From Takakia lepidozioides (lineage: Eukaryota; Plantae; Bryophyta), in contig JAKLZA010000344.1 in assembly GCA_030704615.1 (NCBI GenBank), forward strand, positions 1 through 9,571: a stretch of 9,571 nt of DNA, read 5' to 3'. The notes below the pieces were generated by a model. It had not been told where the DNA came from and searched no databases. It saw only the letters and a list, made by a program, of their open reading frames with translations. Shown here piece after piece: positions 8,590-9,571 of this stretch. The position numbers and the translations under genes were made by a program. Numbering within the stretch: the stretch's first letter is position 1; every line of letters begins with the position of its first letter.

Positions 8590-9571
8590 CCACCTTCACC
8601 GCCACCCTCAATTACTGTAGAGTCAGACACAGGCTCGGAGGCTTCATCAACAGGTGTGCACTTTCATTCGCCATTGTTGTGTGGACGACATGGAGGAGAT
8701 GTATGGAGCTACCAAGGGGCCTCGTAGGTACTCTGGAGTGCTGTGGGCACAATCGAGTTGGATGACTTTATCCAGGAGTTCGACAGCTGGTGTGATTTGC
8801 AGCAGATGCGCAATCCACATCTATTCACCCATTCATGGCGTGGGGAAGGGACTGTTCCAGCATTGGAAGGCCCGCCTAGGACGATTACCACGAGTTCAGG
8901 CGAGGACATGAAGCAGAGATTGAGGAGTGGAGGATGTATTGGTCACCTGACTACATCCCATTACTCGAGGCATGACGCGACCAGTAGCTGACATCAGTAC
9001 CAATAGCTCCCACTGCAAGCACTAGTAGTGGAGCTGGTAGTGCTGGTACTTCTGCAGGTGGTACCAGTTCAGAAGGTGCTACTACTCCTCCTGCACACAG
9101 CTACAAAACATGTGCCTAGATTCAACCCGGTGGTGGAGTTCTTCCAGGAGTTGCGGAGGAACTACCAAGGTGTACGGACAGAGAAGCTGCGAAGTTTGCA
9201 AGACTTCCAGCGCAAACCCAGTGAGAGCCTGCGAGAGGCGTACACTCGTATGAGGCGCTTGATAAGTGTGACCCAGGGGTTACTGAAGCTCAGGCAATCC
9301 AGTTTTGGTATGGAATCTGGGACAAGGAGCTCAAGAGAAGGGTGCGAGATGCACCCTGTTACAAGCAGACCAACCACATTAGCAGATGTGTTTCTGCTGG
9401 CTGAGCGGACTTGAGCTCAACTGGTGTGAAGGAGCGAGTTGTTACAATTGATTTGGTAAGGACATGCCTGTACGGGGCCACGCTGTCAGCCCACAGCACA
9501 AGGGAATGGCCCAACAGCGTGGTCAGGGAGGTTGGGCAAGGTTGCCCAGCCCAAGTTCCATGGAGCTTACA
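8590..9571 (+). mobile_element. gag: Ty3/Gypsy-type LTR retrotransposon gag (frameshifted), running off the window end
   Basis: Stitched translation: MEEMYGATKGPRRYSG..IELDDFIQEFDSWCDLQQMRNP..PFMAW.KGLFQH.LEGPP.DDYHEFRR..EEWRMYWSPDY..[S/G/T linker]..FNPVVEFFQELRRNYQGVRTEKLRSLQDFQRKPSESLREAYTRMRRLISVTQGVTEAQAIQFWYGI.DKELKRRVRDA. The Q-x3-ES-x3-Y-x2-R pattern is the major-homology-like motif of the retrotransposon gag domain. Confidence 0.8.

Noticed and set aside
9028-9110. Hydrophobic MELVVLVLLQVV... as a signal peptide or env-like transmembrane segment
   Set aside because: It is an off-frame reading of the Ser/Gly/Thr-rich gag linker.

Overview
Eukaryotic, probably land-plant DNA (inferred from GT-AG introns of ~95-160 bp, a LysM-RLK-type kinase fragment and a Ty3/Gypsy gag). 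There are four blocks. (1) 1-1540 is a highly ordered repeat structure built from the palindrome ATGGAAATTCGGCGCCGAATTTCCAT. It comprises a 287-bp tandem dimer, then two mirror-image 53-bp-period arrays flanking a 32-bp-period AATTACCT-N6-AGGTAATT array, all forming one large foldback centred at ~985. (2) 1747-4853 (+) is a spliced, frameshift-broken gene. It has a disordered basic N-terminus and a ParB/sulfiredoxin-superfamily-like domain (FYVWDGNHRLLAW) in a frame the ORF track misses. (3) ~4836-6850 holds three tandem hairpins and a mosaic of gene fragments, including a LysM receptor kinase piece. (4) ~7070-9571 is the probable 5' part of a Ty3/Gypsy-type retroelement, with an extra unknown ORF before a frameshifted gag. 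The main candidate novelty is a eukaryotic intron-containing ParB-like gene directly beside a phased palindrome (parS-like) array. The high indel density may be long-read sequencing error rather than real decay.
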